A DNA stretch of 64,000 bases from a candidate division SR1 bacterium (GTDB taxonomy: Bacteria > Patescibacteriota > Gracilibacteria > Absconditabacterales > Absconditicoccaceae): the NCBI GenBank assembly GCA_007115995.1, contig SKJI01000007.1, forward strand, positions 8,989-72,988, given 5' to 3'. The notes beneath the pieces are model-generated. The model worked only from the letters and a program-made list of their open reading frames with translations, ran no database searches and had not been told where the DNA came from. How positions within the stretch are numbered: position 1 is the stretch's first letter; every line of letters starts with the position of its first letter. The position numbers and the translations under genes are program-made. Below, one piece after another: positions 14,472 through 26,334 of this stretch.

Positions 14472-15136
14472 AACATCCACCACTTCATCAACTCCGACAG
14501 CGTCACTTAGCAAATGAGCTTTGATCTGACTGGTTTATGGAACTCATGAATCAGCTTGATCAGGTGCGTCAGCAAGGTGAACAACTCTGTCCTGCATATG
14601 ATCAAATATTTGCTGCATGCAATCATACACCGTTGGATAGTATTCGTGTGGTGATTGTTTGACAAGATCCCTATCATGGACCAGGACAAGCACATTGAGT
14701 TGCATTTTCTGTGCCTGATGGTGTGCGTTGTCCGCCATCGTTGAGAAATATCTTCAAGGAACTGCATGATGATTGTGGTATTGAGCCACCGCAATCTGGG
14801 AACTTACTTCGTCGAGCAGAGCAGTGAGTCTTCTTGCTCAATAGTTGTTTGACTGTTTCGATGCACAAGCCAGCATCGCATGCTCATCTCTGACGAGAAC
14901 GTCTGACCGATCGTATGATTCAGCTTGTCGCTGATCAGTGCAAGCATTGTGTGTTTTTATTGCGATGAGCATTTGCACAATCTAAACAACACCTGATAGA
15001 TGCTCAGCAGCATCTTATCTTGACTGCATCGCATCCTTCACCTTTTTCAGCAAGAAGGTGATTTTTTGGTTCACAACACTTTTCGCAAACAAATAATCGG
15101 CTCATCTCGCATGGGTATCAACCAATAGACCGATAG
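14459..15136 (+). CDS. ung: Uracil-DNA glycosylase (family 1)
   Basis: VVIV(G)[11 protein letters not shown](G)[23 protein letters not shown]. Aligns along its length with E. coli Ung as I recall it. The start overlaps the upstream stop by 13 nt. Confidence 0.9.
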
Positions 15137-15181
15137 ATTTCTATTTGTAGTTCTCAATAAAATAACTATAGTATCGATATC

Positions 15182-16069
15182 ATGAACAGCTTACTCGTAA
15201 ATTATATTGTCTTGTTTTGAAGCTTTTTGCTTGTTGCATTATTCATGATTTTTTTGATTCGTGCAATGATGCAAGGGAGATTTTTTGTAATGATTATTCG
15301 AGCGTTTCTGTTTTTAGTATTTTTTTGGTCAAGATTTATTGAACCACAGAAGATTGTCTATGATGAAATTACTGTTGATTTATGAGTATGAACGACAATA
15401 GCACTCATTTCTGATACGCATCTGTGAGTTTTCAAAGACCAAAATTTTTTGCAAAAAGTAGTGGATCGTATCAATGATCGTCCGGAGGTTGGTATTGTGT
15501 TGATAGCAGGTGATTTGCTGTATAATCCTACCTATAATCAATCATTAGAAACACTCTTTGCTCCATTAGCGTCGTTACGCGCACCGGTCTATGCAGTGTT
15601 ATGAAATCATGATGTCGGTGTGCCATGAGATCCGTTTTTGAGACTGCCACTGACGCAAGCGTTGGAAGCACATGGCGTCACTGTAATGAAAAACGATATT
15701 ATTTGGATCAATAATTTTTTCTTAGTCTGAATGGCACCATACCTCTCAAACGAGGCAGATGTGAGTTTGTTGGAACGTGTTGAGAAAGATGAGACTGTGG
15801 TTGTCCTTACACATAATCCGGATACAATTACAAATTTCCCCAATGATCATGCAGATTTAACACTCGTCTGACATACGCACTGTGGTCAAATCAGAATTCC
15901 ATTGCTGTATAATCTGTTGAGGTCGTATATCGTTCCGGTAACAGGTGATTTCGATTGTGGATTGACTCAAGAAGCAACCACGCGTTTGTATATTACGCCA
16001 TGAGTTTGAGAGGTGTTACTACCGATGAGATTACTCAATCCACCTACTATTTCTCTTATTTCAATCTAG
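15182..16069 (+). CDS. Membrane-anchored metallophosphoesterase (calcineurin-like, YkuE type)
   Basis: N-terminal TM helices, then ISDTHL(G), IAGDLL, VL(G)NHD, LTHNPD, V(G)HTHCGQIRIP. Confidence 0.75.
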
Positions 16070-16819
16070 ATGCAGCTTTTTTTACTTAAAACACCACCGT
16101 CTACTCCTGAAACAGTTACGCTGAGTGATGCATGACTTGTTTATCAAATGAGTCGTGTCTTGAGGATGCGTTCTTGAGATCGTTGTGCACTCCAGCGAAC
16201 AACATCTGATGTAACTACTAGAGCGATTGTAACACTGACCAGTATTGATCGCACACAAATCACAACCTCGATTGAATCGATAGACTATCGTGATAACCAC
16301 CAGATTCGCACACGTTGTGCTGTCGCGTTTCCTAATAAGTTCTCCAAACTCGAACTGATCGTCCAAAAACTCACGGAACTTTCTGTCGATGAGATAATAT
16401 TATTTGGTGCTGAAAGATCACAACCGATGAGACTTCAAGAAAAAAGACTGCAAAGAATCAATACTATTATCAAAGAAGCGACTGAACAGTCCCGATGACG
16501 ACAGCAACCAGTTCTTTCCATATACCCAACACTTACTGATATTCCTGTATCTGAGCAGTGTGTAGTTGCAGATATTCCAGATCACCGTAGATACTTTGGT
16601 CCTGAAACGATACAATATGATCCTCAAAGCTATCTCACACACCACGAAACAGAGCATCATGTATCTGTACCAGTGCGATATATATGACCAGAGTGATGAC
16701 GATGAGCTCGTGATTATGAGTTTTTTGCTCAGCAAAAAACTACCATGATAACCTTATGAGACACAGTCTTGAGAATGGAAACTGCTGCAGTAGTCTGTGG
16801 TTTTTTGGCAGGATTGTAG
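16070..16819 (+). CDS. rsmE: 16S rRNA (uracil1498-N3)-methyltransferase RsmE
   Basis: LIVQKLTELSVDEIILF, IIKEATEQS.., I(G)PE(G)(G)[CGA](G)ARDYE, L(G)DTVLRMETAAV. Its ATG abuts the previous TAG. Confidence 0.8.
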
Positions 16820-16825
16820 TTCTTC

Positions 16826-17137
16826 TTATCTATTATGAAACATTCTTTCAAGTTCGCTGATAAGTCTGTCATGAGTATTGACTTCTTGAGCAACAGTATC
16901 TATCTGTTGAGTGGTTGCTGTTTGAAAAGATGTAAGTGTTTGTTGGAGAGAAGAAATCTGTTGTTGTTGAGCTTGCATCTGCGTCTTAAGCGTATCAATT
17001 TTTTTTGCTTGATGAGTCAGAGTAAGACCACAGAGTACAAGTGCAAGCAAGAAAATAATCAAGATCAATCATCTATTGATATTCATTCAAGAGCATGATT
17101 GTTTGTTGTTTGATGCTTCTTTTTTGTTTTGAGACAT
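16826..17137 (-). CDS. Small membrane-anchored Gln-rich coiled-coil protein
   Basis: ATG 17137. One TM helix (LILIIFLLALVLCGLTL) followed by KTQMQAQQQQISSLQQTL. Unidentified. Confidence 0.4.
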
Positions 17138-17366
17138 GAGAATTACTAAAAAAATAAAGAATACTTTATTGTATATATAGAGTACTTATAAAGCAAAAAA
17201 TACTCAATAAAAATAACTTTTAATCTTGTCTTTTTTATGTATTCTAGTACATTATAACAATGATACATGTAGAAAGAATTTATATGTTTATGTGCGTCTT
17301 ACATCATACATAATATAGTACGTAGCACATTTATTAAAATATCCTTTATTATAGATTATTACTAGT

Positions 17367-20300
17367 ATGGATCCAAAACATATCACCCAAGCAGTCTTGG
17401 AGTATCGACAAACAACTGATGCGTTTCAGCAATCAATCGTGATCAGATCACCAGCGATGAACTATACGTTTTTTGATGGGCCACCGTTTACAAGTGGAGA
17501 TCCGCATTATGGACATCTTTTGCAATCTACGATCAAAGATATGATTCCTAGATGGATGACTATGCGTGGGTATAGAGTACCGCGTGTATGGTGATGGGAC
17601 TGTCACGGTATTCCAGCAGAAAATTTCGTCAATAAGTCATTGTGAATCAGTTCCAAGAAGCAAATAGAAGAAGAGGTAGGAATAGAATCATATATAGAAG
17701 CATGTAGAAGTATGGTCAATAATGTCAATGAAAACTGGTCCAAAGTTGTCGATCAGTTATGACGTTGGGTTGATATGGATAATGCATATTTCACCATGGA
17801 CAATGCATATATGGAAACGGTGATCAATATATTTTCAGATCTCTATCACAGAAATCTGATCTATAAGGGATTTAAAGTGTTGTGATACTCTTGGGCGTTG
17901 TGAACATCACTATCAAATCATGAAATCAACGAATGATACGAGATGAGACAAGATCCAGCCGTGACGATTGCGTTTCCTGCACTGACGGTCTGAGAGCATG
18001 ATCGTTTTCAAACAAGCGAGCTCGGTGCAGTGCAATGTGTTGCATGAGTGATAGAGCAAGATGGAAAATTGCTTCAAGTCTATGATACAAGATCATCAGT
18101 CTGGTATTATCCATGATGAAAAGTTGAGAAAGGTGAAACGAAAGAACAAGCACTTGCAAGAGAAATTAACGAAGAGATTTGAGTAACCGTTACAACGAGT
18201 ACGTTGCTTGGTGTCTTGCATGTGCCGTTTCGTGGTATTCTTTATGAATTATCGTATTTTTCTGTAACGATTGATGGAGTGCCAACAAACTGTGAACCTG
18301 ATAAGCAAGGTGCTGTCGAATGGGTCGAGCAGATACCATTCGATAATGAACTCTGATTTGCACTCAAAGTAGGTGATTTGCTCTTAGACGATCGCAAACA
18401 AATCGAGCATGATTTCAAGGATTATTTTTTCATAAAAAATAAATACTACGAACTTCCGTGATTATCGAGTATGATTCCATCGATGCTTGCACGAACAACA
18501 ACGCCGTGGACGCTTCCATCTAATATGTTTCTCGCAGTCAATGCTTCTATTTGGTATGCAGTGGTATACGATCATGAAAAACAAGCATTGTTTATCATCG
18601 CTCAAGAAGCGCTTGATCGTGTCTATCCAGACAAGAAAGCATATCAAGTGTTGTTTGTCACATCATGATCTCACTTGGTGGGATTAAAATATGAGCCACC
18701 GTTTTCATACTATCATGACGATGAGACGATCGCAAACGAGTATAAACAACAAGTACATCGTGTAGTTCATGCTGATTTTGTGACAACTGATGCAGGGACC
18801 GGAATCGCCCATGAAGCACCTGCGTTTGGTGAAGATGATTATAATCTAGTCTGTACGATCTTACCCAAAGATCACGCGCAAGACTGGTTGTTTGATCCAA
18901 TTGATGATCATGGATCGTTTACTGATTGTGCGCCTGATCGATCATGAATGAATGTAATCGAAGCAAATAAACTGATTATTGCACATCTTAAACAAACAGG
19001 GAGATTATTTAAACATGAAACAATCAATCATAGTTATCCGCACTGTCCGCGTACAGGGACACCGCTGATCTACAAAGCAATTCAATCTCGATTTGTCCAA
19101 GAAGAAGACCTCAAAACACAGACAATCCCAGCTGCAGAACAGATGCGTTTTGTACCAGACTCTATCAAGAAAAGATTTATCAATGGGCTTGAATCAGCAC
19201 CAGACTGGAATATATCAAGAAGTAGATATTGGTGATGTCCGTTACCTGTCTGGGAAAATCCTGATAATCCAGAAGAAAGACTCGTCGTCTGATCACTTGA
19301 TGAGATATTTCAATACAATAAGCCTGCACAACAACTCACCAAGGTGATCTTTGTGAGACATGGGAGAACTGACTATAATGACAAAAAACGAGTTGACTGT
19401 CTTCCAGCTGACAAAGCACAACTCAATGAACTGTGACGTCAACAAGCTGCGTTACTGCCTGAACATTTTGCGTGAGTACAGATTGATCATATCTATTCGT
19501 CACCGATGAGTAGATGTAAAGAGATGATAGCACCATTAGCAGCAGAGCGTGATTGCACTGTGCACTATGATGAGAGAATACAAGAAATTGGAAATTATGG
19601 CTTTCAAGACAAAGTGTTTGATTGTAGCACTATCTCATGGAACGACCAGCCAGTAGATGGTGCAAGCGGTGAGAGTATACAAGCCGTTGCAACAAGGGTC
19701 GAAGCGTTTTTCCAAGAGATCGTTGCAAAGCACCCATGAGCGTGTGTGGTGATTTGTTCACATGGTGATCCTATAGCATTGATGAGAAAAATGATCTACC
19801 AAAAAGACTATGCATATGCAAAATCACGTTTGTATCTTGATAATAAATCGCTCGAGCAATTGCCTGTCTGTGTCGATTATGTACGGCCTGAAACAGGACA
19901 GTATGTTGATTTACATAGACCGTATATTGATACAGTACTGTTACATCATCCAGAGACGGGGCATATTCTGCAGAGAATACCAGAAGTTCTTGATTGTTGG
20001 TTTGAGTCGTGAAGTATGCCATTTGCACAGCATCATCGATTGAAATCTGAACAGTCTGATGAGACCGTACCAGTCGCTGATTTTATTGCAGAATGACTCG
20101 ATCAGACGAGATGATGGTTTAGAGCATTGTATGTGTTGTGACATGCGTATGTGTGACAATCAGTCTATACTGATACTGTTGTGACGGGACTAATTCTCGC
20201 TGAAGACGGAAAGAAAATGTCCAAAAGACTCAATAATTTCCCAAATCCATTGGAGTTATTAGATCAGTATGGTGCAGATCCACTGAGATTGTACTTGTTT

Positions 20301-21383
20301 GCATCACCGGTAGTCAGAGCAGAAACGTTGAGGTTTGCTCAGTCTGGTGTCGAACAGATGTTTAAGGACGTGGTAATTCCACTCCATAACGTCTGGAATT
20401 TTTTGAGTACATACGCTGCTGTTGATGCATGGAAACCAGCAGAAAGTACAGTCTATTTTATGAGACATGCACATTGTCATCATACTGAAGAATCACCAAG
20501 AACGAACGAAACACCTATCAGTAAGCTCTGACAGCAACAACTCCAAGAACAATCGTTTATCGAAGAAGTGTTGAGAGTAAACCCTGATATTATCATCACA
20601 TCACCTGTCCAAAGAACACAAGATACAGCTGCTGCAGTCCAAAATATCCTTGATCGTTATCTCTGAAAAACTGTTGAAATCCGTATTACCGATGATTTAT
20701 CAAGATGAATGACAGAAGAAAATGCTGGAGATATTATACAACGCTTCCAAGAGCAGTATCCATGACAAACTATCCTGTTGGTTAGTCACAAAAAAAGATT
20801 CCGTATGCTGCGAAAAGTCTTGACTGGTTATGAGCATTCTGTGCATACGCATGAGATGATGGAGCAGTTGTTACTTGAAAATACTCAGATTGTGCCGATT
20901 CCATTGCAGCTCATACATAATGAATTAGATCAGTGGATATATGCAGAGTTGCATCGTGTTATTATGCTTGTTGATGAACATCTTGCATCATATGCAATAG
21001 AGCATGCTACCAAAGTGTTGATAGGATTTGTCGATAGTTTGACGAACTGGTATGTGCGTAGATCAAGAAGAAGGTTTTGGGCTTCAGGTATGGAACAAGA
21101 TAAGCGTAGTGCATACCAAACGTTATGGGATGTGTTACAGACCTACTTGCGTCTTTTGGCACCGTTTGCACCGTTTACGAGTGAGTATCTTTGGCAAGCT
21201 ATGCAGATGCCATGATCAGTCCATCATGCTTCTTGGCCAATCTGATCAAAACAACGAATTAATCAACAACTTCTTGAAGAAGTAGAGTGTGTAAGAAAAA
21301 TAATTTCTTGAGCAATGTACATAAGGGCAAAGAATCAGATAAAAATCAAACAACCATTATCATCGTTGGAATTTTCATTTTAG
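17367..21383 (+). CDS. ileS: Isoleucyl-tRNA synthetase (type 2, eukaryote-like class I core) carrying three in-frame inserted domains
   Basis: [13 protein letters not shown], (G)WDCHGIP, LA[CGA][19 protein letters not shown](G)CPLPVW, CWFES(G)SMPFAQ, E(G)LDQTR(G)[26 protein letters not shown]. Eight track ORFs are all frame 0. I verified 17580-18480, 19200-19515 and 19980-20190 codon by codon and found no TAA/TAG. Confidence 0.9.
17991..18470 (+). other. Nudix hydrolase domain inserted in IleRS, just before the [11 protein letters not shown] segment
   Basis: Perfect Nudix box G-x5-E-x7-REUxEExGU: (G)[20 protein letters not shown](G)V at 18117-18185. Confidence 0.75.
19341..19900 (+). other. 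Histidine-phosphatase (phosphoglycerate-mutase-like) domain inserted in IleRS
   Basis: [13 protein letters not shown] (RHG at 19356-19364), ..[12 protein letters not shown].., [10 protein letters not shown]. Lies between LDEIFQYNK and DLHRPYID of the IleRS core. Confidence 0.65.
20455..20900 (+). other. Second, more divergent histidine-phosphatase/SixA-like domain inserted in IleRS
   Basis: [10 protein letters not shown] (RHA at 20463-20471), [22 protein letters not shown]. Lies between DAWKP and [11 protein letters not shown] of the anticodon-binding region. Confidence 0.45.
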
Positions 21384-21407
21384 GTGAGATATGTATAGAA
21401 TAAATTA

Positions 21408-21436
21408 TTGACAAAAATGAATAATATATATAGTAT
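21408..21436 (+). promoter_or_regulatory. Sigma70-like promoter candidate (TTGACA-N17-TAGTAT) just after ileS
   Basis: ttgaca at 21408-21413, tagtat at 21431-21436. No CDS follows. Confidence 0.3.
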
Positions 21437-21581
21437 GTAATAAGTGATTCTTTACTTGCAATTGCTATTTTTATTGTTTATAAATGAAATCCTACCATAC
21501 TTAGCTTCAGTTAAGTATTCATTGAGTTAGATTTATTTGTTCGTTAAGATGTTTTATAATGATAAAACATCTTAAAAAGAA

Positions 21582-21612
21582 AGGGTGTTCTGTTATTACA
21601 GACACTCTTTTT
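21582..21612 (+). terminator. Intrinsic terminator candidate
   Basis: Stem agggtgttctg / cagacactct (10 bp, one bulge, one G-U), loop ttatta, then ttttt. Confidence 0.4.
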
Positions 21613-21898
21613 CTATTTCTATAATACTCTGTAAACATCAAAAAACCCTTATAATAGCAATATCTTCATTTGAGAAGAGATGATTTACAGAGAGTAGTAG
21701 AGTAAATCCAAAAGTGAATCTTTAGTATATTTATTTTATTTTTGTATAAAACTACATAATTATTACTTTGAATAAGTAACGTATCTAAACATTGTATCTA
21801 ATTGACTATAATATTGATAGATTACTTTTCACTTGCAAATTGGTGTATAATCTTTTATATTAATACTGCCTAGTCGTATTGACTGGGTATAGTGCTTG

Positions 21899-21933
21899 GG
21901 GTCGCTAAAGTATTTTATAGTGACCCTTTTTTT
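21899..21933 (+). terminator. Intrinsic terminator candidate
   Basis: 9-bp stem gggtcgcta / tagtgaccc (one G-U), 10-nt loop, then seven T. About 75 nt downstream of a perfect TATAAT at 21846-21851. Confidence 0.55.
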
Positions 21934-22015
21934 ATTGAAGAAAGTACTCCTATATCCAAGTACTAAAACTTTTCTGATGTATTGAGAAAGCCTTATATAT
22001 GTATATTCATTTATT

Positions 22016-23305
22016 CTATTCTTCTTTTTCTGGAAGATGTATATACCAATTTATGAGTAGTGCGTCAAGATTATATCAAGACTCTATAAGGAGCTCATTG
22101 AGGTTGTCATGAAAACGATCAGGATCAAATGCTACAGTAGTATAGAATTCTGCAACTAATACAGTTTGATGTGACTCAATAAGTTTACTATCGACCAATA
22201 GAACTGGTGGATATAATAATGCAAGAAATCTTTCTATAGTTTCGTTTATTTTTTCTAACGGTTGAATACTTGTTGTTGTTGCAAATGATTCAGCACGAAT
22301 AAACTGAATAATTGAAATGTCTACATCAACATCTTGCTGTAGTACATCAGCAAGCTTTTGCGTGAGTGTGTTTTTTTGATTGAGAGTAAATGGTATTGAT
22401 TGTGGTGCTCTTAATTTAACCGACAATGATCTATCAAGAAATTGAAATGACTCTAAACTCATAGATGGATCGATTGTTTGTATGTAGCTCTGAATCGTGG
22501 TATTGATTACTTGTCTTTGATTTATGGACTGAATGATACTAAATAATGAAGAAACAAGGGGAACAGTTAGTCATACTATCATAAGTAGTGAAAATCAAGA
22601 TGTGATAATTGTAGTCTTGAGTTCTTTTTTTTGATTTGGCCAAAATCAATAGAATAGAAATAATAAAACTCAGGCAAGAATAATAGCGATCAAATTTGTA
22701 AGAAATAATATCCCACTTGATACCGCCACTGACCATTGCAACATACCAATACCGATTCATACAACTGCAAGAGGGGGGACAAGAGATGCTGCCATTGCTA
22801 CTCATGCAATTCATATTGAAATATTTTTATATCTAAATGCTAGAAATGCTATACATCACGATGCAAACGCAATACCTAAGTCGATAATTGTTGGTTGTGT
22901 TCTCATCAAGATTTCATTGGTTAACTCTGAGAGTGGCACAAGAAATGTGATACAGATGGCAGTAAGAATACTAAACAGAATACTACTTATTGTGAGGATG
23001 AGTCATTTACCAAAGAGTTTTCTATTTCCAGTAATAATACCAAATGATAATGCTTGGATAGGTCTAAGGATAGGAGCAATAAGCATAGCACCAATAACAA
23101 CAGGAGTAGCATTGATAAGCAATCAGAGTGTTGCGATGATAATCGATAAGATCATTTGTGACCGATACTCAAGTCCAGTTTCTACATCTTTAATAATCGA
23201 GGTCGCAATTGTAGTTTTTTCTTCTCAACTAATTGGTAATAATGCAAGCGCTGAAAAAAATCATTTGGTTTTTTCTTCTGGTGTTCTGATGACGTCGTTC
23301 AGCAT
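22016..23305 (-). CDS. DUF389 family integral membrane protein (429 aa)
   Basis: LSIIIATL(G)LLINATPVVIGAMLIAPILRPI plus several further TM helices. Continues in frame into track ORF 22076..22462 and reads through its TGA to TAG 22016. Confidence 0.75.
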
Positions 23306-23423
23306 AACATGATAGAAAAATTGATAAAAGTTTGAGAAGAATTTTATAAAACTCAGTCTTGAAAATTTGATGTCTATTCGTATACTTTGTGGTAGTTTTT
23401 CTATTATATTTAAATTATTTGGT

Positions 23424-24308
<885 letters not shown>

Positions 24309-24328
24309 AAGAAGTTTATTTTTTTGAT

Positions 24329-24745
24329 ATGCATATGAGTGAAGTAGCATCATTGATACAAGCATATGCAGCACAGCCAATAGGGCAGTGAGTCTTAGAA
24401 CAATTTGATATTGTTTATGAGTTAGAAAATTCTCTCTGTGGAGATGACATTGTTGTATATGCATTACTATCATCTGATAAATTGACTATTGAGAAGTTTT
24501 CTCATGCTTGATCTCCTCAGATGTTTACACTTGCATCAGCAAGTATACTTGCAGAGCAGGTTCAATGAGAACTAGTGAGTACTGTATTGCAATGGTGAGT
24601 TTCTACTATGGAAAATCGGTGATTATATGTTTCACCTAGAAGAAAGCGTGCTACAGTAACAGCACTCTTAGCACTCCATAACGGTTTGGTAGAATATCTA
24701 TCACAATGAGAAAAACGAGACTATGAGACCATTTTACAACAATAA
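24329..24745 (+). CDS. NifU-N/SufU-like domain protein with a degenerate cysteine set
   Basis: NSLCGDD retained. The other two scaffold Cys positions read A(G)SPQMF..ASAS and PRRKRATVTAL. Confidence 0.5.
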
Positions 24746-24774
24746 ATCTGTCAAATAAGGCAGTAGAAGAACTA

Positions 24775-25032
24775 CTATGTTCCTAACCATGTATCAAAAT
24801 CAACTCATTCAGAGTCTCCATCTGCATCATCATAAACTTGCTCAATTTCTTCTGTTAATTCTTGAGGAGAAATATGGCAATGATTTGCTTCATCAATAAT
24901 ATTATTGGTAAGTCTTTTTTGCTTGAGTTTAGTGTATTTTTTGGTTTTATAGGCGTATCATTCTGGATAGTCGCTCACTTTTTTTAGATCAGCATGTTCT
25001 GATAGATGATGAGAATGGTGTTTTTTAGCCAT
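24775..25032 (-). CDS. Small His/acidic hypothetical protein (85 aa)
   Basis: ATG 25032, TAG 24775-24777. MAKKHHSHHLSEHADLKK...DDADGDSE. No homology recognised. Confidence 0.3.
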
Positions 25033-25231
25033 GTATTTTTTTTGGTCAATCATTAAACATCTTTATTGTATAGATTTGTTTGTGCGGTGTCAAAAAAATC
25101 TACTCATTTTTTATAAAAGTATTGATAGTTCTTCAAAAATATCTATGCTCTACATTGTCTTATTGAAGAAAAGCAAATGCAGTATGATGTAATGCGTCTT
25201 CTCATATAACACAATTTTATTCATTTGATGT

Positions 25232-25960
25232 ATGCTTATGTTAGATATAAAAAACTTAACCGTTGCAATTGAAGATAAAACAATCTTGCAAGATGTCTCT
25301 TTACAGTTTGACCAGGGAAAGAATTACTGTATTTTATGAAAAAATTGATCAGGTAAATCATCGTTAGCTTTAACAATTATGGGACACCCAGACTATGAAG
25401 TGTTATGATGATCAATCCGTCTTGCTTGAGATGATATTCTAGAAATGGAACCAGATGAAAGAGCAAAAGCATGAATTTTTCTAGCATTTCAATCAATTCC
25501 AGAAATAAAATGAGTAAAACTTTTTGAGTTTTTAAGAACTATTTATAATACGACATATGACAAGACAGAATCATTTGTGTCTTTTAAGAAAATAATTGTT
25601 CCTTTGATGGAGGAACTTGGTATTGATAAAGAATTTTTATGGAGAGATTTAAATGTTTGATTTAGTTGATGAGAAAGAAGAAAAATTGAAATTTTGCAAT
25701 TAAAATTATTGCAGCCTAAAATTATCATTTTAGATGAGGTAGATAGTGGATTAGATGTTGATGCATTTAAGTCTGTTGCAGAGTTGTTACAATCCCTTAA
25801 TTCATCTGAAAACACGTTTATAGTCATTACGCATTATTTTTCTATTTTGGAGTATATTCCACTTGATGAAGTAGTGGTGATGAGTTGATGATCAGTGCAA
25901 CAAGTTGGTGATGTCGCTTTAGCACATCAAGTCAAAGAACAATGATTTGCTTGATTGTAA
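25232..25960 (+). CDS. sufC: Fe-S cluster assembly ATPase SufC
   Basis: IL(G)KN(G)SGKSSLA, FLAFQSIPEI, LNV(G)FS(G)(G)ERRK, IIILDEVDSGLDVDA, ITHY. Confidence 0.9.
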
Positions 25961-25969
25961 TCTAAAAAT

Positions 25970-26308
25970 ATGCAAACAACCAAAGACGTTATCATAGAAC
26001 TCACCAACCATATTCCATACTGACGTTTTTCAACGTATTGATCTCTTGCAACACAAGCCAGTATTATATTATGAAAAAATATTACCCCTAGAGTAGTCGG
26101 ACGGATACTCTCTTCGATGAAAGAAGATGAGCGAGATTGTTTACCACGATGGAGGGTAGTTAACAGCCGTGGATATATCTCTGCCATGAAGCTGTGAGAA
26201 AAATGATTGATTCAGATGCAGCAGTTACTAAAAGAATGAGTACAGGTTGATACCCATACTCATTCTCTTAAAGATTTTTCAGATTATGTGTGGTATTTTG
26301 TTGCATAA
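25970..26308 (+). CDS. MGMT-family DNA-binding domain protein (YbaZ/alkyltransferase-like, no PCHR active site)
   Basis: IPY(G)RFSTY(G)SLA...PRVV(G)RIL...LP[CGA]WRVVNSRGYIS. Confidence 0.7.
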
Positions 26309-26334
26309 GAGCGTTTTCTCTACAGTTTAGTGTG

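Noticed and set aside
17138-17366. Possible T-box leader upstream of ileS
   Set aside because: I could not find a T-box consensus (..GGTGGTACCGCG-like), a specifier-loop architecture or a terminator/antiterminator pair. The region is simply AT-rich.
17991-20900. Inteins as an explanation for the extra segments in IleRS (and for the truncated DnaE)
   Set aside because: The inserts carry Nudix and histidine-phosphatase motifs. They lack intein splice-junction residues and HNF/homing-endonuclease blocks. The DnaE fragment ends without any intein-N sequence.
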